From: Promethearchaeota archaeon
GTDB lineage: Archaea > Asgardarchaeota > Lokiarchaeia > Sigyniarchaeales > Promethearchaeaceae
Direction: 5' to 3'
Length of the DNA: 32,000 nt
Assembly (NCBI GenBank): GCA_016933055.1
Contig: JAFGBS010000028.1
Location: forward strand, 210,001-242,000
In this document: positions 17,510-26,439 of the stretch, piece by piece
Position numbering within the stretch: the first letter of the stretch is position 1
How the letters are laid out: every line of letters starts with the position of its first letter
Program-made: the position numbers and the translations under genes
The notes under the pieces: generated by a model
Databases searched by the model: none
Told to the model about the DNA's origin: nothing
Seen by the model: the letters and a program-made list of their open reading frames with translations, nothing else

Positions 17510-20422
17510 ATGAACACATTTCAATTTGCATGGAGAGATTTTAAAAAGCAGAAATTGAAGAGCATTTTCGCAATCTTAGGGGTAATGATAGCAATTTTTC
17601 TGCTCACAGCAATTGGAATGTTAATCGATTCTCTAAGTTATAGTTTTTTGGATGTAGCTACGGCTCAATCTGGGAGTTCCGATCTTATAATTACGAAATC
17701 AATATCTCCAGATTTAACTTTTAATCCTTATATGAATCACAGCTATATTGAATCTACTGCTGATATTGAGGAAATTGATAATTACTATCCTCGAATTTTA
17801 AATTTCATTGATATGGAAACCAAACAAACGATAGATGATCCTACAAGAGTAATGTTTTACGCCATAAATAGCACACTTGAACAAGAATCTGGAAAAATGG
17901 GAGATCTAATTTTATGCGATCCCATCACATTAGAAGAGACCGGGGAGATTTATGATAATCCTATACCTGAAGGTCGTGTGATAATTTTGAAGAATACTGC
18001 AAAAATATACTCTCTCTCTGTAGGGGATTGGATGATTCTCACTTACACCCGATACAGCATAAATGTCACAGTAGATGCAGTATGTGTTCAGAAACTCAAA
18101 TTCAGTGCCGTGGAATCCAACTTAGTTATTATGGAACTGGAACAAGCTCAATCGTTCTTAGATAAACCTAACGAAGCAAATTACATAATGGCTACATTCA
18201 AAAATCCCGGAAGAATTTATGATACTCGGAACATCGAAGCAACTACAACAAGAATCCGTGATATCGGAGAAAAAATCCAACGGGTAATCGGATTTGAATA
18301 TATAATTTCTGCTCCAAAATTATCAGAAGTCGAAAATTCCGAGTTCATGACAACACTCATGAATACCATGATGATTTTTGTTTCCATAGTTGCAATGTTA
18401 ATCAGTGGAATACTAATAAATTCAATTCTAACTACATCAATAGAAGAAAGAATTAGAGAATTTGGAATAATGCGTGTGGTTGGGAGTAAAAAACGTGAAA
18501 ACATGCAGATCGTGCTTTATCAAGGAATATTAATAGCAATCTTTGGAACTACTGCGGGAGTGGCTATTGGAATCGCTTCCGTACCCTTCTGGTTATGGTT
18601 GATCTCCTCCCTTTCGGTGATATGGTCCAAAGGAATTCCGATGATATGGAATTTCCAAACCATCATACAAAGTATAGTTGTTGGGATAGTCGTAACTGTA
18701 GCAATATCATTACTCCCGGCATTGAAAGCGGGAAAAATCGAAATTTCTAGTGCTGTCGATCCATACAGAAGAGATCAACACCAGAAATATAAACTCAAGA
18801 AAGAAGGATCGTCCAATTTCCGTATTATGTTAATTGGTATAGCTGTGAGTACTGCAGGATTGCTTGTTTTCATTTTTCTACCTCGACTATTGCTTGCAGA
18901 AGATCTTATTCTCGTTTTATCTCTTTTTATTACGTTACTCTTGGCAATTTTGATTGGTTTAGTTTTTGCGTTGGTTGGGATAGTTCCAGCAATCGAATGG
19001 GTAATTGTACATATTTTTAAACCCTTTATTAGTAAAATATTCCCAATTGTGCAATTGGGTTTAAAACGAAATCGAAGACGTAATCAAGGAAATATTTTAC
19101 TATTTTCCTTAAGTTTCTCTTTTATTTTCTTTTTCAGTACATTCATCGTTATGCGAGCACAAATTACTACGAATAGTCTCGAAAATACTTATGGTTCAGA
19201 TCTGGTTCTTATCAATCAAGGTTCGGAAGCGACAAGAGATAATGTAGATTTTAATTTATATGATCAAGTTTCACAGACTATCGGAATAAAAAGTACTGCA
19301 CCTTTAATGTACAATACCATTGATTTGACGGAGATAATATCTGTACTTGTTACTGCGTTGGAACAAGGTGTAGATCCCGAATCTATTGCGGAGTCATTCC
19401 GGAGGATTTTTAGTATTAATAAAATAGAGACTTATATTGGCTCAATCACATTTAATAAATATGTGGAATGTGGGTTATTTGGAGTAAATCAAGAGTACGT
19501 AGATATTTCTAATAATGATTTCTTCATTTGGGATAAATCCTCTGGTTCAAACGACAATAGCTTTAAACAAATATTCGATACATCACGCAATGATACAATT
19601 ATTATTTCAAAAAATATAGCGGAATACATTGGAGTGACTGAGATTGGAGATCAAGTCAGAATGGTGTTTGCAGAACCTGGAAAAGAGAATCAAAATACTG
19701 GGAAAGCAATCACATTCACAGTTGCCGGAATATCAGCAGGGATGCCGGGAATTTGGAATTTTGGAAGTTCTCAAGCGAGTATATGGGGGGCGGGAGTAAT
19801 GATGTCGATAGAAAATTACGTAAAATACATATATCCTAATGAACCTTTAACTCAAGCAACTCCGATTGATAAAATTCTGATCAACTTAGAGGACACTTCT
19901 ACTGAAAGTATTAATGATGCGAAAACTTTGATAACGGATCTTTATGGAACAAATTATCGAATTTTAGTCGATGATAATGTGTCTAAAATTAAATTATTCA
20001 CTCAAAATGACCAAGTTATCGACATTATTATGCAAGTACTATTGATTTTAACCATTATTATTGCTTTATTTGGATTGATATCAACAATGTATTCTTCATT
20101 ATTAGAGAGAATGTTTGAAGTTGGATTATTGCGTGCAATGGGATTACAAAAAAATGATGTACGAAAAATTTTCATATTTGAAAGCTTATCAATGATGTTA
20201 TCTTCTGGGACAATGGGCACAATAGTTGGTACATTTATTGCTTATCAAATGATTGCCAATGTAGCGATATTATTAGAGACACCGGTAGTATTTGTGTTTT
20301 CAACTGCTGCCTTTCTGCGAACTTACCTCCTTTCCATAAGTATCTGTATAGTGGGAGTACTTTTTATTACTCGAAGAGTATCTCAATGGAGTATTATGGA
20401 AATATTTCGAAAGACGTTCTAA
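17510..20422 (+). CDS. FtsX/MacB-type ABC permease 2 (two fused modules; paralog of 6400..9237)
   Basis: Same layout and motifs as permease 1: IEERIREFGIMRVVGS, LLERMFEVGLLRAMGL, C-terminal MEIFR; RBS GAAGGAG. Confidence 0.9.
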   Translation: MNTFQFAWRDFKKQKLKSIFAILGVMIAIFLLTAIGMLIDSLSYSFLDVATAQSGSSDLIITKSISPDLTFNPYMNHSYIESTADIEEIDNYYPRILNFIDMETKQTIDDPTRVMFYAINSTLEQESGKMGDLILCDPITLEETGEIYDNPIPEGRVIILKNTAKIYSLSVGDWMILTYTRYSINVTVDAVCVQKLKFSAVESNLVIMELEQAQSFLDKPNEANYIMATFKNPGRIYDTRNIEATTTRIRDIGEKIQRVIGFEYIISAPKLSEVENSEFMTTLMNTMMIFVSIVAMLISGILINSILTTSIEERIREFGIMRVVGSKKRENMQIVLYQGILIAIFGTTAGVAIGIASVPFWLWLISSLSVIWSKGIPMIWNFQTIIQSIVVGIVVTVAISLLPALKAGKIEISSAVDPYRRDQHQKYKLKKEGSSNFRIMLIGIAVSTAGLLVFIFLPRLLLAEDLILVLSLFITLLLAILIGLVFALVGIVPAIEWVIVHIFKPFISKIFPIVQLGLKRNRRRNQGNILLFSLSFSFIFFFSTFIVMRAQITTNSLENTYGSDLVLINQGSEATRDNVDFNLYDQVSQTIGIKSTAPLMYNTIDLTEIISVLVTALEQGVDPESIAESFRRIFSINKIETYIGSITFNKYVECGLFGVNQEYVDISNNDFFIWDKSSGSNDNSFKQIFDTSRNDTIIISKNIAEYIGVTEIGDQVRMVFAEPGKENQNTGKAITFTVAGISAGMPGIWNFGSSQASIWGAGVMMSIENYVKYIYPNEPLTQATPIDKILINLEDTSTESINDAKTLITDLYGTNYRILVDDNVSKIKLFTQNDQVIDIIMQVLLILTIIIALFGLISTMYSSLLERMFEVGLLRAMGLQKNDVRKIFIFESLSMMLSSGTMGTIVGTFIAYQMIANVAILLETPVVFVFSTAAFLRTYLLSISICIVGVLFITRRVSQWSIMEIFRKTF

Positions 20423-22023
20423 TTTGTTTTTCGCCCTTTTATCTTATTTTTATAGATAATGAATAATGCCAAACTTGGTATTATTATGATTAAAAATATG
20501 TTATATCCAGGGACTTTATTATCAGGAGGATCTGGTAAATCAACTAATACAACTCGAGGATTTGAAATTTCCGATTCAATACCTTTCACTATGCATGTAA
20601 CTACATAGAAATAAGTCCCCTCCTCCATACCAGTTTCGATTAAGCTATTACTGGTTAAAATTTTATAAGGTATTCTACCAGAAATATCAAGGATGGGATG
20701 AATATCCCGATATAAATGATATCCTTCACTTTCAGGAAAATATTGCCAGTTGAGATAATATGTCCCGTTTAAACTTGGATTGGGTTCTATTGGAGTAAAA
20801 TAAGGCGCTGGTGGTGTGCTATAAGAATAAAATTTAAGCAAATATAGGTCGTAATCACCTGAAATCTCTGCACTTCCATTATACCCCCCGCATACATATA
20901 AATAATTATTATAAGCAAATATTGATTTAGGAATATAATGATAATCATCATTCCATTTGGGATAACTTGTTTCTACTAAAATTCCATTATAACTATATTT
21001 AGCTAGCACAACTTTTTCATATTCAGCCTCCCTACCCAACGTTGTACCACAAACAAAGACATAAAACTCATTAGCCCAAATAGAATATGCCTTATCCTCT
21101 TCTGGTAAGCTCCAAATTTGATACCATAATTCATTTCCATCAGAATCCCACTTCATTATAAGCATATCGGTAGTCAAATCTGTCTCATTCCAAATATTAC
21201 CGCAAAAATACAAACTTGTATCAAATCCAAACATTGATGTGTAATACTCTTCATAAGGTGTACCCCACGAGCGATTCCACAATTGGTTTCCATCAGAATC
21301 CCATTTTACTATCAAGGTATCATTTAGTCCCGAACCATAACTAGACGTACTTCCGCAGGTATATATTTCATTATTTATACCCCAAACATCAATTCCTTCT
21401 TCCCAATTTCCACCACCCCAAGTTCGGTTCCATATTTGGGAACCATAATCATCCCATTTGATTAATAGGAGATCATGTGAATATACACCGCTAAGATAAA
21501 TTTCATTTTCAATACCCCAAACTGAATGGGCAACCCCATAATTCCCTCCCAAATACCAAGTTGTATTCCAAATTTGATTACCCTCGGAATCCCATTTTAT
21601 CAAAACCAAGTTATCACTGGAAGTTCCTGCAGTATATATAAAATAACTATTGCTCCATACGGCATTTCCATAAACACCCATACCAATAGTCCATGTCACA
21701 TTCCAATCTTGATATCCTCCACCCCATTCACTATATCTAGCTAAAATTAACTTGGGATTCGTTGTATCTGCATCCAAGGTTCCGCAAACATATATATAAT
21801 ATTGATCTGCCCATACATCTTGCGCGAAATCTAAATTGGACCCCCCCCAAGAGGTTTCCCATAAAAGATAGGTGGGGTCTGCCAAGGGAAGATTTATAGA
21901 GCTTATATCAGGTGAAACAGATGGTAACAGAAGTGTTTCATCCATCGGACTTGTTAAGGCTATGATAAAAATCATCAATGAAATTAAACTGAAAAAAAAG
22001 TATAAGCGATTCTTCCGATTCAT
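20419..22023 (-). CDS. Surface beta-propeller repeat protein with an FN3-like domain and a Loki-CTERM-type anchor
   Basis: N-terminal signal/TM; 5-6 repeats of L.KWD.DGNQ.WN.TWG; FN3-like segment LNW....GY.LYR..GTYFYVVT; ends VPGYN followed by a TM helix and a basic tail. Confidence 0.85.
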   Translation of the reverse strand: MNRKNRLYFFFSLISLMIFIIALTSPMDETLLLPSVSPDISSINLPLADPTYLLWETSWGGSNLDFAQDVWADQYYIYVCGTLDADTTNPKLILARYSEWGGGYQDWNVTWTIGMGVYGNAVWSNSYFIYTAGTSSDNLVLIKWDSEGNQIWNTTWYLGGNYGVAHSVWGIENEIYLSGVYSHDLLLIKWDDYGSQIWNRTWGGGNWEEGIDVWGINNEIYTCGSTSSYGSGLNDTLIVKWDSDGNQLWNRSWGTPYEEYYTSMFGFDTSLYFCGNIWNETDLTTDMLIMKWDSDGNELWYQIWSLPEEDKAYSIWANEFYVFVCGTTLGREAEYEKVVLAKYSYNGILVETSYPKWNDDYHYIPKSIFAYNNYLYVCGGYNGSAEISGDYDLYLLKFYSYSTPPAPYFTPIEPNPSLNGTYYLNWQYFPESEGYHLYRDIHPILDISGRIPYKILTSNSLIETGMEEGTYFYVVTCIVKGIESEISNPRVVLVDLPDPPDNKVPGYNIFLIIIIPSLALFIIYKNKIKGRKTN

Positions 22024-22243
22024 TGTTGTCTAAACTACTTTAGATGAATATCAAATTTTAATTCTTCCTAATTCTATTTCTAGCTTTCAAATACTTGTAT
22101 ATCTTCTGATATTATGAAAATTTATTATGAAAACAATTTTATTTTTCTATGCGTTATGTATATTAACCCCAGAACATTTCGAAGGTATTTGGAAGGATAC
22201 AGAATTTCTTTTTTTGGATAATTGAAGGGGAGTAGAACAAACC

Positions 22244-23179
22244 ATGTATGATACAAACACAGATAAATACTCAAGATTTCTGATTGTCAGTGATGTACAT
22301 GGTTTAGTCAAGGAATTCACTCAATTCCTCGCTCTAATGCAAAAAAAATACAATGACACTATACGATATTGCGTACAATTAGGGGACTTCTTTAAAGGCA
22401 GGAATGTGATTCGCAATAAAAAAACTTATTCATTTTGGAAGGATACATCAATTTTCAAGGAATTTCCATTTCCAATTTTTAGCGTGAAAGGAAATGAGGA
22501 TATTAATATCCCTGAATCATGGTGGAGTGGGGGTATGCTGAGTCTACTTCCAAATTTAACTGAATTCCAGTTGGATAGATTTAATTCCATCCCATTGCAT
22601 TATTTTGAAGAAGATGGAGAGAAAATCCGTGAATTGGGAGTGGGAAAATTGATTCGTCTAAATATGCCACGAAAGAGACATAAAGATGAATATTATCCCA
22701 TGTTTAATTGTACGTACGAAAAGAACTCACCTATAGCTCCTATTTTAGAATCAGATAGACCCGTTGATTTCATGTTATCCCATGTTCCACCATATGGCTT
22801 ATTAGATAGAACGAGAGACGCAATAACACATAAACACATTCGCAATACAGGGAGTAAATTACTTCGTCTTATCATCGATAAAAGACACCCTCAAGTTATT
22901 TTTTTTGGTCACAACCATTATTGTAATTACAAATTCTTTGGTGAGATGTTAGTAATTTCTGTCGATAAATTCTGTAGAAAAATGCCTTACGAATTCTCTT
23001 CAACTAATGAATACTCTACAATTACAAAAAAAGTTGATTCAGAAGAAGAGGTCAATGGATTTAGTTATTGTGTTGTTACCGAAAAAGAAGAATCTTATCT
23101 AATTGAAATATATCGTAGAAATCAATTAGTCTTTCAGTATGATATGTTACAACAAAATATCTTATACTCAGCGTTCTGA
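22244..23179 (+). CDS. Calcineurin-like metallophosphoesterase
   Basis: Motifs SDVHG, LGDFF, KGNED, LSHVPP, FGHNH. Confidence 0.88.
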   Translation: MYDTNTDKYSRFLIVSDVHGLVKEFTQFLALMQKKYNDTIRYCVQLGDFFKGRNVIRNKKTYSFWKDTSIFKEFPFPIFSVKGNEDINIPESWWSGGMLSLLPNLTEFQLDRFNSIPLHYFEEDGEKIRELGVGKLIRLNMPRKRHKDEYYPMFNCTYEKNSPIAPILESDRPVDFMLSHVPPYGLLDRTRDAITHKHIRNTGSKLLRLIIDKRHPQVIFFGHNHYCNYKFFGEMLVISVDKFCRKMPYEFSSTNEYSTITKKVDSEEEVNGFSYCVVTEKEESYLIEIYRRNQLVFQYDMLQQNILYSAF

Positions 23180-23998
23180 TCCTAAATCGCAATAATTCTC
23201 TAGCCAATTTAATATACGGTTCATTACTTGATTTTTTGCCAAAATATAATTATGTCCACCTCTTGCAAGTAAAAAATAGTCCTTTTTTTCCAAACCAAAT
23301 GCTGCTACATTGGTCCAAAAATTGTTCACTGCTACAATTTGATCGTCTTTAGAATGGATTAAAAGAAGCTTTTTTCGTATGAACTGACTAGATGGATTAT
23401 ATCGCAAAAGTCCAGTCATACTAAATATATCCATACCACCCAATTTACTTCGTAATTTCCATATTTTTCTTTGGAGAGGATTAAATCCATTAAAGAAGTC
23501 TGCAGGGCTTGATATTGCTCCTAGCGCTATCAAGTGTGTAATGTGCGGTATTTGATTTCCGGTAGTTAATGCAAGCAATGCTCCCAAAGACCATCCAATA
23601 AGAATTATTCTGGATTGATCAACATACTTTTTAAGTTGAAAATATTGGACTAAATGTTTAAGATCATTTTGCATTCCGTGTACATCAGATCTGTTACCCT
23701 CGGATCTGGAATGCCCTCTTAAATTCACCATAATTACAGCATAGCCATGATTAACGAGAGATCGGGCAGCATATGCCAACCTACGGGCTTTGGATCGGTA
23801 TCCATGCAGTAAAATTGCAATAGGTAGTGCATTAGTTAATTGGGATCCATTAGGTAACACTTCAAATCCAGTAATCCGGTCATTAGGGCTAATTTCGATT
23901 GTAAATGGGGTTATCTTTTTGGATTCTCTATGTAATTTCATCATTTGCACGAAATGCATTTCTAATGCCAGATTTTTGCACAGTTTCGTTTCTCTCAC
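23168..23998 (-). CDS. Alpha/beta-fold serine hydrolase
   Basis: LLHGY oxyanion loop, NLRGHSRSEG, nucleophile GWSLG, acid HSKDDQIV, catalytic His GGHN. Confidence 0.9.
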   Translation of the reverse strand: MRETKLCKNLALEMHFVQMMKLHRESKKITPFTIEISPNDRITGFEVLPNGSQLTNALPIAILLHGYRSKARRLAYAARSLVNHGYAVIMVNLRGHSRSEGNRSDVHGMQNDLKHLVQYFQLKKYVDQSRIILIGWSLGALLALTTGNQIPHITHLIALGAISSPADFFNGFNPLQRKIWKLRSKLGGMDIFSMTGLLRYNPSSQFIRKKLLLIHSKDDQIVAVNNFWTNVAAFGLEKKDYFLLARGGHNYILAKNQVMNRILNWLENYCDLGSER

Positions 23999-24079
23999 CT
24001 AAATATCATCATAATATGAACTTGTTGAAGTTATTTCTATTATCATAATCTTCATTAGTGGTAACTTCTTTTTTTTCAT

Positions 24080-24748
24080 GTGTATTCATTTGCAGTAACT
24101 GCTTCATCAATAAAAAAAAAAATTATCACCCTAATCCTACTTGCATTGAATGTCGGTACATTTATTGTTGTGAATGTATATTTGGGACAATTATATTTAC
24201 TTCAATTAGCTCAAAACAATTTACTTATCTCACTAGGAGAATACTATCGTCTTTTTACTTCTATGTTTGTTCATGCTGACATTTATCATCTTTTATCAAA
24301 TATGGTTTTTTTGGTCATATTTGGTCTTCTAGTTGAAAATAAGTATTCAGTAATTCAATACTTGTCAATTTATATTTTTTCGGGATTAATCGGTAATATT
24401 GTGTCATATTTTGTGTTACCTAGAGAAATTTTCTCACTAGGAGCTTCTGGATGCATATTTGGAGTTCTCGGAGCCTATTATGTTTCTTTTACGGAATATG
24501 ATCGATCTATGATTTTATATGCCATAGTTTCATCTTTGGTGATGGTTGGGTTATCCATTGGTACGACAGTAAATTCCTGGGCTCATCTTTTCGGTGCAAT
24601 TGGAGGACTCTTTTTGGGATGGATTTTTACTCTGTATAAACGCAAAAAGAAAAATAAAACTAAAACCGATTATTATGATGGAAATCAATTTAGTTATACA
24701 GATATGGAAAATATAGAAGATGATGATGAAGAGATTGAGGATTATTAG
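24080..24748 (+). CDS. Rhomboid-family intramembrane serine protease
   Basis: YRLFTSMFVH, HLLSNM, GASG (Ser), AHLFG (His), about 6 TM helices; acidic C-terminal tail. Confidence 0.93.
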   Translation: MYSFAVTASSIKKKIITLILLALNVGTFIVVNVYLGQLYLLQLAQNNLLISLGEYYRLFTSMFVHADIYHLLSNMVFLVIFGLLVENKYSVIQYLSIYIFSGLIGNIVSYFVLPREIFSLGASGCIFGVLGAYYVSFTEYDRSMILYAIVSSLVMVGLSIGTTVNSWAHLFGAIGGLFLGWIFTLYKRKKKNKTKTDYYDGNQFSYTDMENIEDDDEEIEDY

Positions 24749-24760
24749 AATTTTTTAGAT

Positions 24761-25912
24761 CTAGTAATTTCGGAGTATTTCTTCCTCAATTTCTCTTTTC
24801 TTTTTTCTTGTTCGCTCCTTGAGTGCAAGAAATAATTCTGAATAAATCATTTTTAAGAGTTGCACTTCTCTTGTTAATGCAACTCGGTTCTCCATTTTAT
24901 TTTCATAGATGATTTTTACGATATTTAGTAAATAGCTAGGGAAAAAAGATTTCACATAAAAATCGCTCTTTAAACAATAATACTCCTTTTTATCCTCACC
25001 TTGGATTACGATGATTAAATCATTTTCATATAAGGTTTTCAGAATATAATCTACGTCTCGGACACCTTTAGACGCGAGATTTTCAAAATCAGAACGAGTG
25101 ATAACTGCCACCCGCAACAGCTTTAATAATTCATAAATCTGAGTATCCAAAATCACCTTTTCAATGATTTGTAATGCGTCCTCATCAGATGGAAGATAAC
25201 CAGAAAAGAATTTTGTAACCTCTTTTTGATAACTGTGCTTAAGTGCAGATGGTAATCCTCTAGTGTCTATTGAATCGAATTGATCGACTGGTGGGATTCG
25301 CTCAAATATGATATCTTTAAGAAAAAAAATCCATAAGTTACCCTCGATCATTCCCATCCGAATAATGCCTAATTTTTCTAAACCCATCAATGTAGGTTCA
25401 ACGTCAAAAAAACCCCCTTCGTAAATTTCTTCGATTTTACGCACCAAGTGAGATTTTTCAATGACTGCAGTTTTTCGTAAAATGTCCAGAATTATCCGCC
25501 GAAGATCATTTTGAAAGAGCCAAGATAATTTTTGTTCATCATTTAGCATATAATAGCGCTCAACTGCATTATAAAAAAGTGCTATATTGTCCAAATATTC
25601 ATTATTATGTAGATTTTGAATTATTAACTGCAAAGATTCAATATATCCATCTTCATAGTTATCTGTTCTTTCCTTTCTATCTATTACTAAAACAAAATAA
25701 TAATTACCGTCAGGACCGGATCTATAGGATAAATATTTTGTATTGTCTATAATAGTCTCAACCAGAAAAGATGGCGCATTTTCCTTAGCTATATGATGTG
25801 CATATAAGTGGATTAAATTTGCATCTGAAATATGTACATCATGTGGATATTGAGTAATGGTTCGGATTCCCTTAGTTTCATCCCAAAAACAAATTATGAG
25901 ACCTCTAGGCAA
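24761..25912 (-). CDS. Hypothetical protein with a longin/uDENN-like N-terminus and two winged-helix-like segments
   Basis: The likely start is TTG at 25912 (MPRGLIICFWDETKGIRTITQYP), right after the upstream stop and about 10 nt below a GGAGG, rather than 25936. wHTH-like segments are RRIILDILRK...LMGLEKLGII and YELLKLLR...ILKTLYENDLI. Confidence 0.7.
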   Translation of the reverse strand: MPRGLIICFWDETKGIRTITQYPHDVHISDANLIHLYAHHIAKENAPSFLVETIIDNTKYLSYRSGPDGNYYFVLVIDRKERTDNYEDGYIESLQLIIQNLHNNEYLDNIALFYNAVERYYMLNDEQKLSWLFQNDLRRIILDILRKTAVIEKSHLVRKIEEIYEGGFFDVEPTLMGLEKLGIIRMGMIEGNLWIFFLKDIIFERIPPVDQFDSIDTRGLPSALKHSYQKEVTKFFSGYLPSDEDALQIIEKVILDTQIYELLKLLRVAVITRSDFENLASKGVRDVDYILKTLYENDLIIVIQGEDKKEYYCLKSDFYVKSFFPSYLLNIVKIIYENKMENRVALTREVQLLKMIYSELFLALKERTRKKKREIEEEILRNY

Positions 25913-25913
25913 T

Positions 25914-26318
25914 TTATGATTCCTCCAACTTTTCAAAATTTAACTCTGAAAGAGGATAATGCATGTCTACTTTTCGCCAAATAAGTTCCATCTTTTGTAT
26001 AACTAACTCTTTTCTTTGGGAAATTTTCAATTTACGATTAATATTCTTATTTCTCTTAATAAAATGTTCTAAATTGCCAGCAATTCGAAGAAACTTAGGT
26101 TTCACCAAGTTCTGGACAAATTTGATGCATGAAATAATAAGGAATATTACTATAGGTAATCCTAGGGAACTTCCAACGATAATCAGTAAAATAATTTTAC
26201 CATCTATAGTGGGGACTATAGATATACTGAGATTATAATATCCCATTAATCCCAAACAAATGGTGGAAATAATTAGTAAAACTAATACACTCAGAAGAAA
26301 TACATAACTGTGTTTCAT
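25914..26318 (-). CDS. Small hypothetical membrane protein (2 TM helices plus a basic cytosolic tail)
   Basis: 134 aa, two hydrophobic stretches, stop adjacent to the next start (apparent operon). Confidence 0.7.
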   Translation of the reverse strand: MKHSYVFLLSVLVLLIISTICLGLMGYYNLSISIVPTIDGKIILLIIVGSSLGLPIVIFLIISCIKFVQNLVKPKFLRIAGNLEHFIKRNKNINRKLKISQRKELVIQKMELIWRKVDMHYPLSELNFEKLEES

Positions 26319-26439
26319 TACGATCTTGTGTGTATACAGAAATTTAAAATATTTTCTAATATCAAGGCATTAGAATGGGATTTTCTACTAGGAGATACCT
26401 CTAAATTTAAAATGAGGAGTTACTCTTTTATCTTATACC

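Noticed and set aside
21100-21700. Recurring nucleotide motifs such as catcagaatccca as a DNA repeat array or DGR template/variable pair
   Set aside because: They are the coding repeats (KWDSDG) of the beta-propeller protein; there is no adenine-specific mismatch pattern and no reverse transcriptase.
22110-22135. Tandem ATTATGAAAA repeat in the divergent intergenic region
   Set aside because: Two short AT-rich copies are expected by chance in this composition, and there is no further support for an operator.
456-23002. Short ORF-track entries overlapping long genes (e.g. 456..674, 2677..2877, 5841..6026, 7221..7424, 7716..7943, 8382..8591, 8632..8850, 10004..10189, 13510..13692, 15330..15632, 16119..16319, 16684..17037, 17074..17289, 18217..18504, 20002..20220, 21526..21744, 22693..22875)
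   Set aside because: They are antisense or off-frame shadows of well-supported genes and carry no motifs.
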